64,000 nucleotides of DNA, from the NCBI GenBank assembly GCA_036172245.1, contig JAYWIR010000016.1, positions 1,860,001 to 1,924,000 of the forward strand, in the 5' to 3' direction. The translations under genes were made by a program, and so were the position numbers. How positions within the stretch are numbered: the first letter of the stretch is position 1; each line of letters opens with the position of its first letter. Origin of the DNA: Raillietiella orientalis. Lineage: Eukaryota. The notes beneath the pieces were generated by a model. The model searched no databases and was not told the origin of the DNA. It worked only from the letters and a program-made list of their open reading frames with translations. Positions 27,280 to 38,997 of this stretch are shown piece by piece.

Positions 27280-30200
27280 AAGTGGGGAACTCTGCATTGC
27301 TGCGAAACTGCAATGAACATGGCACCATTCACAAGCGATTATTCCTGTCCTGAATGTAGTGAATCACAAACTTGCTGCTACTCGAATTTCATAAATAACA
27401 TGACCTGAACTTTCAGGACGTTTTTGAGAATTCCAAACTAGATTGAGGCTATTGCGAAAACGTACATTTTAATAAAATTCATTGCTAATGTCAACAAATA
27501 GCTCATCGTCATGTTAACGTCTGGCAATCACTTTTAGGTGGACTTTAAGTTCAGTAAGTCTGCTTCGTTCAGGAACCAACTTGTGAGAATTGCTTTCATT
27601 TTGTTGGGCACATACTTATGACACTTTTCGTACAGATACGTGTTTTCATTATGGTTGCGATCGATGCAAGCATCCTTGAAGGGGAGAATCGGTGATCTTT
27701 TCCGAGCTGTCCTATCGTACACTAACGCGTGTGAGTTGGGTGCACTCTTGGGGTCGTTTTCCGCAGAATAGATTCTCAAATTAAGGTTATTTATCACCCG
27801 GATATGCCGGGGCATTTATTATTCTAATTTATTAGAAAAATTAGATAATAAAGTCTTTAAAAAATGTTTTTTGTGGGGGAACACTCGGTTCTCCCACGCT
27901 GCAGAATTCTCGTTACCCGGTCCTTAGACCGGAGAGGTTCTCTCCCTAGGCGCGGGGGAAGGGGAAAATCAAACAAAGAAACAAAAAGAGAAATAACGGG
28001 GAGGGGGAATAGTTATATGGGGGAGTGGAGGGCAGGGAGGGGATCACTGAGCGCCTGGATTGGTCCTCTGCATCCTCTCCAGGATGCAGACAAGTCTGTT
28101 TTTAACGTTATTGCTAGACGCCACCTTGTCGCCGTCTCCAAGGAGATCGTCGTCCAGTGGATGGCGTCCCTACATCTTTGGCCTCTTCTTGCGTTCCACC
28201 TTTGCACGATGCCGCGCACGCAGCAGAGAACTGCTAGAGACGCAGCGGGGCTCAGGCCGTCACGCAGAAAGAGGCGTCGGTAAATGTCCTTAGGGTCGCC
28301 TACTGGAAGATGGAGGATTGGGGCGATTCGACTCCAGAGTCCAACCAGGGCGACACACTCGAGGGTAAGATGCGGGAAGGTTTCCCTTTCACCGCACTCG
28401 ACGCATCGGGCATCCACATTCCCCAGTGTCCAGTGAGACAGGCGTGCTCTGCTTAACAGTCCCCAGTGCAGAAAGAGCAACGCCGTCTCCTGCCACGTCA
28501 ACGGAAGGGTGCCGCTATCCCAGCACGCTGGGGGCCACTTCACCTCCTCCGGAGGTATTGCGAGCAGCTCTCCCCAGCGCGCAAGTCCGTGAGGCGGGAC
28601 GCTCGGGGTGGCAGCGTCCGCTAGCTCCCGAGTCGTCCACGCCTTTATTGGTTTTCTCCTGCCTCGGATGAGGCAGGACACCTCCCACGATGCTCCCTCG
28701 TTGCTGCTCCTAATGTTCTTCAGGGAGGACAGAACGGGGGCAAGGGGGCTGAACGAAGCCCACAGAAACTTCCGGGGAGTGTTGATAATCTCCTGCAGCG
28801 GCTGTCGAGAGTACGATCCTCGACGTAGGCAGTTGTATTCTGCCTCGCTCGTGCCGTTGATCTTAGCCCACGTGGAAACTGACTCCTGAAGCCAGGCAGT
28901 GCAGTTCGCGGGGAGGCAGGAGATCCAGGTATTCTCCCTCATCAGGGCGACCATCTGGCTCAGATGGAAGCCACAGTTGTTGTTGAGGCTGCGCTGGTAG
29001 GCCACGAGGATCGAGGACAATCCTTCGCAGCCGGTCGCTCTTCTGGCGAGGAGCCGTGCGGGTTCGCACCATGGCGTCATCCATAAGCTAGCCGCAAGGG
29101 CTAGCTTCCGAAGGTTGATTTGTTTTTGCATGCGCTCCATCGTCAGGAGGCCCAAACCACCGTCCCTGCGTGGAGCGCACAAGTCTTTCAGTCGGACTCG
29201 CGACCTCGCTGTGCCCCAAAGGACAGTCCTCAAGAGGGCTTTGGTCCGTCTCTGTATGATGGGAGGGGCGGGGCAAACAAAAATTGAAGGGGCGAAGGAG
29301 ATGAGCCGCGAACGCGTTCCACACCGCGGCCCGTTCCTGCAAGTAAAACTTGCCATTCCGGAACGGGCCGATCGCCAACTCCACCTTTTGAAGACGGTCG
29401 GACCAGGCTCTTGCAGCGCAGAAGTCCCCCAAAGGAACGCCAAGGTACTTGAAGCACCTGCCCGTGGGGATCCCCAAACGGATCCAGTCCGGCCGTCCGG
29501 CCCACGCCGTAGTCGAATTAAGGTTATTGAAACAGTTGCGAGGTGTATCGCATTTGTTATTGGTTTCAGCAGCCTCAGAGCTAATGAACACGAGCAGCGA
29601 CAGAAATTTTACGTCGCAACTTTTCGTGAGGCATTCTCCGGAGTGCTGGCCTAAGAGATCCGGACAGTATGATTGAAGGCTGCTGAGCTCGAAAAATCGA
29701 AGCACAAAGAGTTCTCAAAAATCGTTGGTCTACATTAGATCCGTTAGTTCGCATTTTCTTGTGAGGACTTTCACTTTGAGGAAAAATTGCTGGTAATGAT
29801 CCAAGTTCACGGAATGGAGCTTCCTTGTTCATGCTCGTTTGCAATCGAGCAACTTCGCGCCGGTTGAAGTGAATAGGGAACACTGAATTCCGGGAAAGAA
29901 AAGGAGGAAATGTAGACAGAACAGTATTTTCCTATCAAATGCCAGAAGCGGTGGCAAACTTTAACGACTATTACGTTAACCCATTGGTTCTGGTGGAGGA
30001 TTGTTGCTTTCATGGGTCCGATGGTCTTGATGATGCATATGTGCCCAGTGATTGGATTTCTGGATTTTCTGCATCGTATGTAATCATGAATCAGTTTCTG
30101 GACCATGTCTGCAGCCAGTGAGCACGACGAATGGGGAAGAGTTTGAAGTTGCTTTCAGCAAAAGTCGACTTGACTGAAACCAGTTTCTTTTCTCCTGCCC

Positions 30201-30940
30201 ATCTTCTGGCAGCGATCATCTCAATGTCCTCTGTAAAACCTTGTCGTTTTGCCAAGGTACCATAATCAAACTGGCTTTCTCTGGACTGCCGCGTCGAGTT
30301 TAATGTGTTCCCATTACACCGACAGCATTCCTGGTATCCCGAAATGCAGATACTGATCGCATCTACCGATCCGTCTTTTGTCGAGTGGAATACAAAAGTG
30401 GCGCCGCCCTCGGATGACCTGCGAGAAAGAAAAGGCAGCCTCACATTTGTATACTTATTCGTATCTCCTATTTTCTATACTACTCCAAAGTTCAAAACTC
30501 GCAACTCCCCATATTCTCAAAATTGCCTGGTGCTATCATCCAGTTCATTTAGACAGGAAGACTTGGTTCTGATTTCTGAAGCAGAGTCGATCTTTCATTG
30601 CTCCACGTGCTGCGTTGGCTTGTTCTCCATCAACCAGCCCATCCTTGGGCTCAGCCACTCTTTGCATTGCTAAATAACAGACATACTGCTTGACCGTCCT
30701 CTTGCCCATTCCGTTTGCGTGATTCCCCCCTTCCACTTTTCCCCTTCTATTGTCTCTTCTTGAATTTGAGCAAAAGTTTTGCCTATATCGGCAGAAATAA
30801 CCTTTCTCCGTGTACAGTCGCCAACGCTTTATCGTTGTATCAACAACACATACACTGGATAAAGTTCCGTAGTTCTGGCGATGGGGTTGATGATAAGCAG
30901 AAGAGATTGATGTTCCTATCAGAACTGATGTATGCACACG
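27280..30940 (-). mobile_element. BEL/Pao LTR retrotransposon pol remnant (RT-RNase H), interrupted by a LINE at 27792-29515
   Basis: Ordered relics: IKRWRLY/ISADIGKTFAQIQ (cf. LLRWR...SADIEKMF.QI); YLAMQRVA; EIQSLGTYASSR (cf. LHGF.DAS); GAKLL; FVLRFFELS...ECLTKSCDVKFL (cf. FV.NRV.EI...AD..SRG). Many stops and frameshifts; the extent left of the LINE is less certain. Confidence 0.6.
27792..29515 (-). mobile_element. 5'-truncated L1/Tx1-type LINE (copy A) with perfect 13-bp TSD
   Basis: CFKYLGVPLG, RVRLKDLCAPRRDGGLGL and CVECGERETFPHLTLEC; one frameshift near 29265; 3' UTR with AATAAA and terminal hairpin; flanked by AATTAAGGTTATT at 27779-27791 and 29516-29528. Confidence 0.92.
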
Positions 30941-30942
30941 TA

Positions 30943-31080
30943 AAGAACTTTCCCGGACGGGGCCATAACTGCATTAGAAGCACGCCCAAAAGCGGGTTAT
31001 GGAGTCTAGCAGGATCGTATCCTTTTTATGCTCAACCGCTCTTTTAGCGTTTTCTATCACGATTTCTGCAAACCGTGCCT
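30943..31080 (-). pseudogene. rho: Fragment of bacterial transcription termination factor Rho (Walker B region)
   Basis: Translates as RH..[26 protein letters not shown], then after a 1-nt insertion FGRASNAVMAPSGKVL; E. coli Rho as recalled has [48 protein letters not shown]. Confidence 0.85.
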
Positions 31081-31254
31081 GACGCTACCCAAGCATTCAT
31101 GGTAAATTAGAATAAATCAGTTTTTTATGGCATAACGGAAACCTCCGATTTTCAAGGCAAAATCATATAGTAGTTGCAGAGAGGCGATCCTGCGGTCAAC
31201 TTGCATACTGAGACATACGATCTATTGGGATGATGAAAATCCTTCTTTTCTGTC

Positions 31255-31970
31255 TTCGCGGTTCTTCGACACGGTTTCGCGCCACCCGAGGGTGAGTAAT
31301 TCTTGAAGATAGGAAGTACCCCGGGAGGCGTCCGGCCTATGAATCCAGGAAGGACTCGGAGTCCGTTCCTCTCACGCCTGAGGAGGGATCCCCGGAAACG
31401 GAGATCACCTCCACCCTGGTTGTTTCCGAAGGGGAATACAGAAGGGAATCGTCCTGCCGTATTCTCTGCGAAGAGACCCTTGGAGGGGTCCGCTCCAGCT
31501 TTTCTCCTCGGAAGGGAACTCGGAAGGGATTCGATCCTGTTTTTACTACTATGAAGAGAATCCAGAAGGGACGCTTCCGAAATTCAGAAGGACGCAGCTT
31601 CCCCGAAGGGATCAGCTCGCTTCTCTGCACTCTCTGGAGAGGTGGTGGCGACACACCTGCCCTATCAGTACGACGCGGAGGGTCCCTCGGAATGGGGGAT
31701 CCGCTCCTTTACAACCGGAGGGGAGCTCCCACTCCGTGATTCTTGGAAGGACCCGGAGGTCGACTTCCATTGGTCCCGGCCCTCATCGGGGGAATCCGGT
31801 TGCAACCGCTACCAGTGGCGCACCCGGATGAACGGAGGCCAGCCATCGTCATCTTTTAGGGTGAACTCGGAACCCACAGACGCACTGCGTCGATTCCTTC
31901 GCAGTATTAAAACCCACGTCGTATGGTGCCACGCGCAGAGACCACCGTAACCACACGACCTCCGACGCGG
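31255..31970 (-). repeat. LINE ORF1-tail repeat, copy 2 of 3
   Basis: Homologous to 53700-54570 (PMEVDLRVLPRITEW vs TMGVDHRVLPGIKEW; SEFRKRPF in both) and to 6190-6760. Confidence 0.85.
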
Positions 31971-32551
31971 GCATCGAAGTTTGATTACTGCGGACAGCAG
32001 CAATATGGCTAAGCAGAAGCTTTCCAAAACGAAGTCGAAATATGCAAGCAGTAAAAACACTGGTTTGGTTGTAAACTAGAGAGCGGCAGTGTGTACAGCT
32101 TTACCAAACAAAATTATATTGCTGTCTTCATGAATTTTTCATTTTTTTATTGGAAACGCTATTGTAAGCACAGCACCAGCTTACCGAGAAAACCTAAAAA
32201 ATCGTGTTCTGCACCCACTCGAACGACTTTTACTTCTTAACCCAAAGTTTATGCGCATATACTGCAAAGTGTGCTTGAATGAGAACTTTTTTTCTATCTC
32301 TTCTACTATTTATTTCATTGTGTATAATGGTTCTGTTCATGCGCCACAAAGAACAAGAATTACGGCACTTACAAATACACAATAACCACTTCAGTGCACT
32401 TCCTAATTAACCCTGAAAAATTGAGCAATGAATAAGGAAGCTTACAAGATAAATATTGTTTGTTTCTAAAACCCGCTTTATACATATTAATCGGGTGTAA
32501 CGTAGTTTAGCTGCAGCCTCCAAGGAGATGAGGACTTGATGAGATGAAGTA

Positions 32552-35500
32552 TTAACTAATTTTAACACTTTTGACAACCGTCGTGCGAATTCCGGATATT
32601 TCTCCACCGTATCGGTTGATTTCAGTTCTTGGCTGTTGCACCTAAAAGAAATAATAAATTGAATGACACACCGGAGTGAAAAATTTCCACGTGATTACCT
32701 GTCCCTTCCTTCTTATTAATGCTTTCCTATATCTAGCCCTTTGCTTTACACGGGGATTTTTGAGCTCTTTTTTGCGATGAGGATTTAAACCCTTGTTTTT
32801 GGCTATTTGATAGTTTATAGCACGCTTTTCATCTGAAGTTATATTTTCAGTTCCTTGAACAAGATCATTTTTCTGTTTCTCTTCCAATAACGCAGTGCCC
32901 ATGTCAAAACTGCGATTGCTATGTGAATGTTGCTGCTTCTTCAAAGCACTACAAAAAAGCATTTTCGAAAGTGGAATTGCATGTAATCAGAATCTTTATT
33001 TTAACAACAAATGCTCCCTACAGAACAAAATCCCCAAAATGTGATATCAGGTGTAGCATAATTAGAGTTACAGGAATTTCAAGTAAGCAAGTAAGCAATT
33101 GTAAAAGTTTTCCACATTACTTTTTAATACTTGTCACATTCACGAAAGCACACATACAATACGTCATCATTCAGAAATGGATAAAAATTGGATGCAAAAC
33201 TCAATTCCTTACTCAAGTTTTATCATACACATACACTGCAACCATAATTTAACTGCTATACGCAAGATTTTACTTGAATGTACAGTTGCAACATGAAAAA
33301 TTAATGTACATCATAAAATCACAGTTTACTTTTATCCACTTTAATCCATTAAGAATAATCTTAGTGGATTAACCATGGAATTCGAATAATAACTTATGAA
33401 TGAAAAGCTATAAGTAAAAATAACTATAAAGGAAATATGAAGTAGAATTACGTAAGTTGATAAGCAGTAAAACTGCACGACGTAGGCAAGATTTACTGAC
33501 TTTTTCATGCTGGGTACGAGTCTGACAGGATGCTTCAGTGCCAAGAGCTGCAAAATTTTTTTTAGCAATGGCTGCATATTTGTGTGAATGGGTTCAAGTT
33601 TCAATAGGAGCTTTTTGTAGTATACAATTCTTTTTAGAACCGGATGAAACTGGACAGCAGTTTTTTTGGCTTTAAGCAAAATATAATAGCACAGATACAT
33701 GGAATAACTGAAACATATTAAAATCATCCAGATTGGTATTCACATTACTTCATTAATACGAAGTATGTTGTAGATATATATTCACACACATCATCATCAA
33801 TTATCTTGCTGTCTATTACATATGTGTACAAGCATTCAAAAGTTTGCAAGTGGGTAAGTTGCACTGAAATATAAAATCGTTTTCAAACATACATGAAAAT
33901 TTTGATAATATGATTTGTAACATGTACATAAATGAAATCAAGAACCACATTGTTCAAAACAATAAAAATAGTTTTTTTTTCCAATAAGTAATACATTAAG
34001 AATGGCATTGATATAAACGAAAAGTATATTTATATCACTTGTGTTTTTAAAATCTATCACTGATTATTAAATGAATTGCCTTTGTGCAGTACAAAAATAA
34101 GAGAAATACGTATATTTTCACAAGTATATTTCAAAATCAACTGCACAAAATCAGTACAACTACCAGGGCAGATTCTTATTACCAAAACAATAGCAGTTCC
34201 AACATAACAGCACGTGATGTGGAATTTGCACGGTAATTTTCGTTTTAAAATCTTATGCAATGAATATGTGATACTCAACAAAACCAGATGAAATTATAAT
34301 CGAAACCTGGCATTCAGAACAAGACAAATACTTCATGGTTCAGTATATATTTTAAAAAGCAAGTGCTTGATATTTAATTTTACACCTGCAATTCATAACA
34401 AAAGAATGCAAAACATTGTTAACTAAATCAAAATTTTTTTTGGCTGCAAAGAAATTCACAAAACAAATTATTAAGATGTAAAGAAAAATATCCTGTAATC
34501 AGGTTTTCATGTTATCTTGGAAGTCAGTTTGTATTTCTTATTTCATAAAGTGATACTTCATTTGCAATACTTTTGTTACAATTTGAGGGCTTACAAATAA
34601 CAAAAAAATACTTTCGCTTTTAAAAGCTAAAATAAATAAATAAAGTCAAATTTTAATTTAAAAGCTAATCGAAACAGAATACCCTCTAATCTGAAAAATG
34701 ATCATTAAGACGGCAATAAATAAGTTTTTCATAAGAGAAACGCAACTGTGATCTAATAAATTGGCCCAAATAAGTACAATTAAAAAATTCTGAACAGGAC
34801 ACTAACAATTAGAAGCCAAATGATTTTATAATAACCATTTATCCTTTTGAGACTCTATCTAGAAATCTAGTAAATAAATAATTATAAACTGATTAATCTA
34901 ATCATCCCATTTCATGACATAAATGTATCTCTGACGGAAAATAAATGAAATTACATTCTATCTTGACAGTATTCCACTAGAAACAACTGAATATCTTGGT
35001 TCAAATGATTCGAGACTACATAAAAAAATGCACAAAAAGAACTTTTCCGTAGCTCCAAACATTTCTTCAACCTGTCATTCCTTAGAGAGCCACCAAAATA
35101 AAGCCTAGCTCTCATTCTCTTAATAAATAATTTTTTACATAAAAATTTGCAAAGTTGTTCGTTATCTACAGTCAACCCAATCTCTTTGAAGGAATACATC
35201 ATGCTGGTGATGAAGATAAGCACTATATGGTAAAACAACTCAACATTCACAAGTGCAAATGATCTGAATGCGAAGCACATTAAACATTCAACTTCTAATC
35301 CAAATACCTTGGAAATCTTTCAAAAGATCGACTAATTCAGGAGACTCTTCAAACAATAAGTCAAGTTTTTCTTTTTGAGATAGTGAAGATATATCTAATT
35401 TTATTGCTGAATCACATTGGATTGCTTTCTATAAAATGTATAACTTCAGATTTTGGTATTAATGTCCACATTACATTACCTCTTTGTTTTCTATAAAAAC

Positions 35501-37025
35501 AGAAGTGCCATAAGCTTCTTCAATTTCATGTAAAAGTTTTTTTTGAATCTGCAAAGCTTCTTCTTCTTCTAGCCTTGCAGCTTCCTCTTCATCAGAATCT
35601 CGGAATCTGTCTAAATATCAAAAATATGACCATTATCGCTAATTTTGGTATTATGCCTTAATTAACAAAAATTTGAGTTATATAAAAAAATACCTCCATA
35701 ATCTTCCTCTATGTAATCAGTATTATAAAATGACTTTTTTTTCCCCCCCCAGCTTTTATTGTCCAACATTGCTGCTTCTTCCACATGATTAACATCATTA
35801 TCATTTGTATTTTCAGCTATGAAATCATCTTCAGAAGTTTCATGTGTTGCATCTGGCGATGTTGGAAGATTGAAAACATACTCCTAAAATTTGTTGTAGA
35901 CTGTGAAAGTAAATTTTTTAATACCTAATTGCATAGCACTCATAAATATGTATAGAAAAAATATCAAAGAATAAACGTAAACTGGATATAGAAATACATT
36001 ACAATAAAAGTATTGAAAATCAAAACTGATGACGATCAGTCAACAGTCTTCAAGATCTTCAAGAAATATCTATCAAAAAAAGAGCAAATGGAAAATATTC
36101 TGAAAGTTATTTGAAATATGAAAATTCCGTTTTTCAAACAGGATAGTTAAACTTTTGTATTTGTAAAACTGCACTTTTCAAACGAAAATTCAAATTTATT
36201 TAGAATTTAATTATAATGAAGTTCTAAGATTCCATCACAAGTTTAAAAGAATCCAATATAACATAGTAACTTCAACTTTGGCATGCCTAACCTTTGATGA
36301 TTAATCAACTATGCAATAATTTGGCATTTGCTTAAATAAAAATTGCACAGAATAATTAACAAACTAATCATAAAAATTATTGATTTTGATCCACTGATAA
36401 AAGAATGCTGACACCATATTAAGCAGTACAAAAATATCACAGATGGAATAAATACCTCCTCTGAAGAATCCTCATTCCTAAAATCTCCTTGAATTCTGAT
36501 TTTGCTGGAAGTGTTATCATCATCATCATAGTCAACAGAGTCAGCATCACTTGCATCATCTGTATAGTCATCTGGTTCTTGATCAGGAAACTTTCTAAAA
36601 TTAAAATCCACGTTCTCAGATCAATTAAACAACACTAGATAACCAATCAAACTTTACTATGCTTCACAAAGCAGTTAACAAACCACATCTAATTGCACTG
36701 GCAAATGAAACACTACCAATTCGAAATTAATCTGAATAAGCAAATCAAACAAACAAAAAGAAAGCATGGAAAAAGCAATACACATGCAAGAAGAGCTCTT
36801 GGAACATCCAGAGAAAAGCAGTGAAGTAACTGTTCTTATTCTTTCATTAACTGAAAGACTGATTGTGTGCCTTTGGTATAAACAAGATGCTTTTTATAAA
36901 TAGAAAAAAAGAAAGACATTCTTTTCCTGAAAATTATGGAATTAAGGATAGATATTTAAAGTCTATACGTTATGTTGCAAATTGATCACACAAATAACTC
37001 TCAAACATAAGTAAAAAGAAATGAA

Positions 37026-37061
<36 letters not shown>

Positions 37062-38997
37062 TACATACAGTGAATGGAGATGACTGAAAAAAATAAAAAT
37101 AAATAAAAAACCAGGAATTTAAAACAATAATTAATATGCAACTGTAAAGAGATCTTAATTTTTTTTTTTATATTTCTATATAATACATTTCTAAATGAAA
37201 AATTACTATCAGTGGTGAAAACAACCAGATCAAAAACTGTGCATGGTGACTTAACCTGCAAAACTATTGTTTATTTTAAACTATCAATTATGAAATGAAC
37301 AAATTATTAAAACTTAGATACATACATGGTAAGCTATACAAATTGAAACATGTTTTATCAATCAAAACATGTATCTAATCAAGAATAATTCGTGGATCTC
37401 AACAAATTCTAAATAAATAGCTAGAAAAAACATGAAACAGATTGAAACATAGCACACTTATGTAATACTGTGTAAAGTATAAGCTGTAAATGAAAAAAAT
37501 ATACTGCAAGGACTGTTGGGGGTTCAGTATTTTTTTAAGACTAGTAATCAGCTTGATCAGCAGTCATGATTGAAGTGAAGCTGTCAAAATAAACTAATGA
37601 ATGCTATTTGCATGAATTCAAAATCAAAGATGAAGTGTTTCATGGATGCATATGTTATTTTGAAATCCAACAATGAAGATATGGATCTGTCACACAGAAG
37701 AAAATACCAACTGTAACGTATCATGATTACCACCATTATCACTTACAAACTTCATCATCTTACTATGTTTACCCATTGTCTCCTAGGGTAGATCATGATC
37801 TGGATCTGAGATGTGCATGACAGAAGCATCAAATGCAAATTCTTTGAATACAAATTACGAGACCTTTTTCTCGAGAATAATATTTAAGGGCTAGAATTAC
37901 AAAGCATACCTAATTAAATACTATCTATGCTACCATATAGAAAACAAAACTCTGTATTTATGCATGCTTGTTGCACAGTTATTAAAGTATTTTAAAGGCA
38001 AATGTCTTGAAAGATCTTTATGTTCAGCACTGCCCATATGAGACTTCAAAATTTCAAGTTAAGAATTGCAACCTAACTAGCACATCTTTTTACATACGTT
38101 TATGAATACATAAAAAGATCTCTGATTATCTTTTTAGGCAGAAAACTACAGGTGAAAAAACTAAACAACATAATTTTTTTATTGCTGTGATACAAAAACT
38201 GGAACAAAGTGGAAGTCCTTATCTACTATGAGACATACAGCACCATGCAAACGAAAAGTGATAGTACGAGGATACAATCACTTTTCTATACAGCTTCCAA
38301 TTCATTTATTAGATTTTAAAAATTGACAAATTGTTATGAAGAGTTAGAGAATGCTAGTTAAGGTACCTTTTGGAAAAGGAAGTATAAAAACGTTTGAATG
38401 ACAAATCAACAGAACATTTCTTTGGCAAGTTCAAAGAGTCTCCAAGTAACTTGGTACAAATATATCAGACTGCGGTCCTCGCTAAAAATCCGAACATACT
38501 ACAGAACAAAAAAATAATTCTAAGTCTTTTCATAAATGTAAATTCTGATAGAACTTTAATCATTTTAAAGAGGGCAAGATTATCTCCTCAAACAGATAAT
38601 ATGCACGCATACATTAATACTTTTTGCATCACAAACACTCCCAAAAGTTATCTGCTTTGCAAATCACGTGAAAACAACAAAAAAACAGAATACCAAATTA
38701 TTTGGATCCTTTTTACTTTGCACACGATCCGGGCTTATTCCTTTTTAGGAAAACACATTATTATGTCTGCATTATTATGTCTTCCAGATTTAATAAAGTC
38801 GTGTGGATTCAAAGTTAACCAGGGTACAAAAAAAATTTGCCATGGAAAACCGACAACAATTTCTACATTGCTAACACCAAATGTAAAACCTAATCTCAGC
38901 GATGCAGCCAGACTCAGATTCTTTACCTTTTGGTTGTCACTTGTAACTTTGTTCCAAGGGATTTAGGGGGAGCGGATAAAGATTTTTTTTTCTTCAT
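32552..38997 (-). CDS. UTP3: Something about silencing protein 10 / UTP3, SSU processome subunit, multi-exon
   Basis: Probable exon 1 38997-38927 (MKKKKSL) splices in phase to acidic exon 36594-36456. Then WGGKKKSFYNTD, EEEEALQIQKK, ESPELVDLLKDF, YILLKAKK...HPVLKRI, Sas10 C-terminal KRAINYQIAKNKGLNPHRKKELKNPRVKQR and last exon RYGGEISGIRTTVVKSVKIS*. Confidence 0.93.
37029..37068. repeat. (AC)14(ATAC)3 compound microsatellite in UTP3 intron 1
   Basis: Read directly from sequence. Confidence 0.95.

Noticed and set aside
24830..27280. Possible integrase-like (IVIPE..RDEIL) and P-loop-like (GGGQKST) snippets
   Set aside because: Too short, surrounded by stops; consistent with chance.
38394..38966. 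190-aa plus-strand ORF
   Set aside because: Antisense to UTP3 exon 1 and intron 1, no motif; likely spurious.
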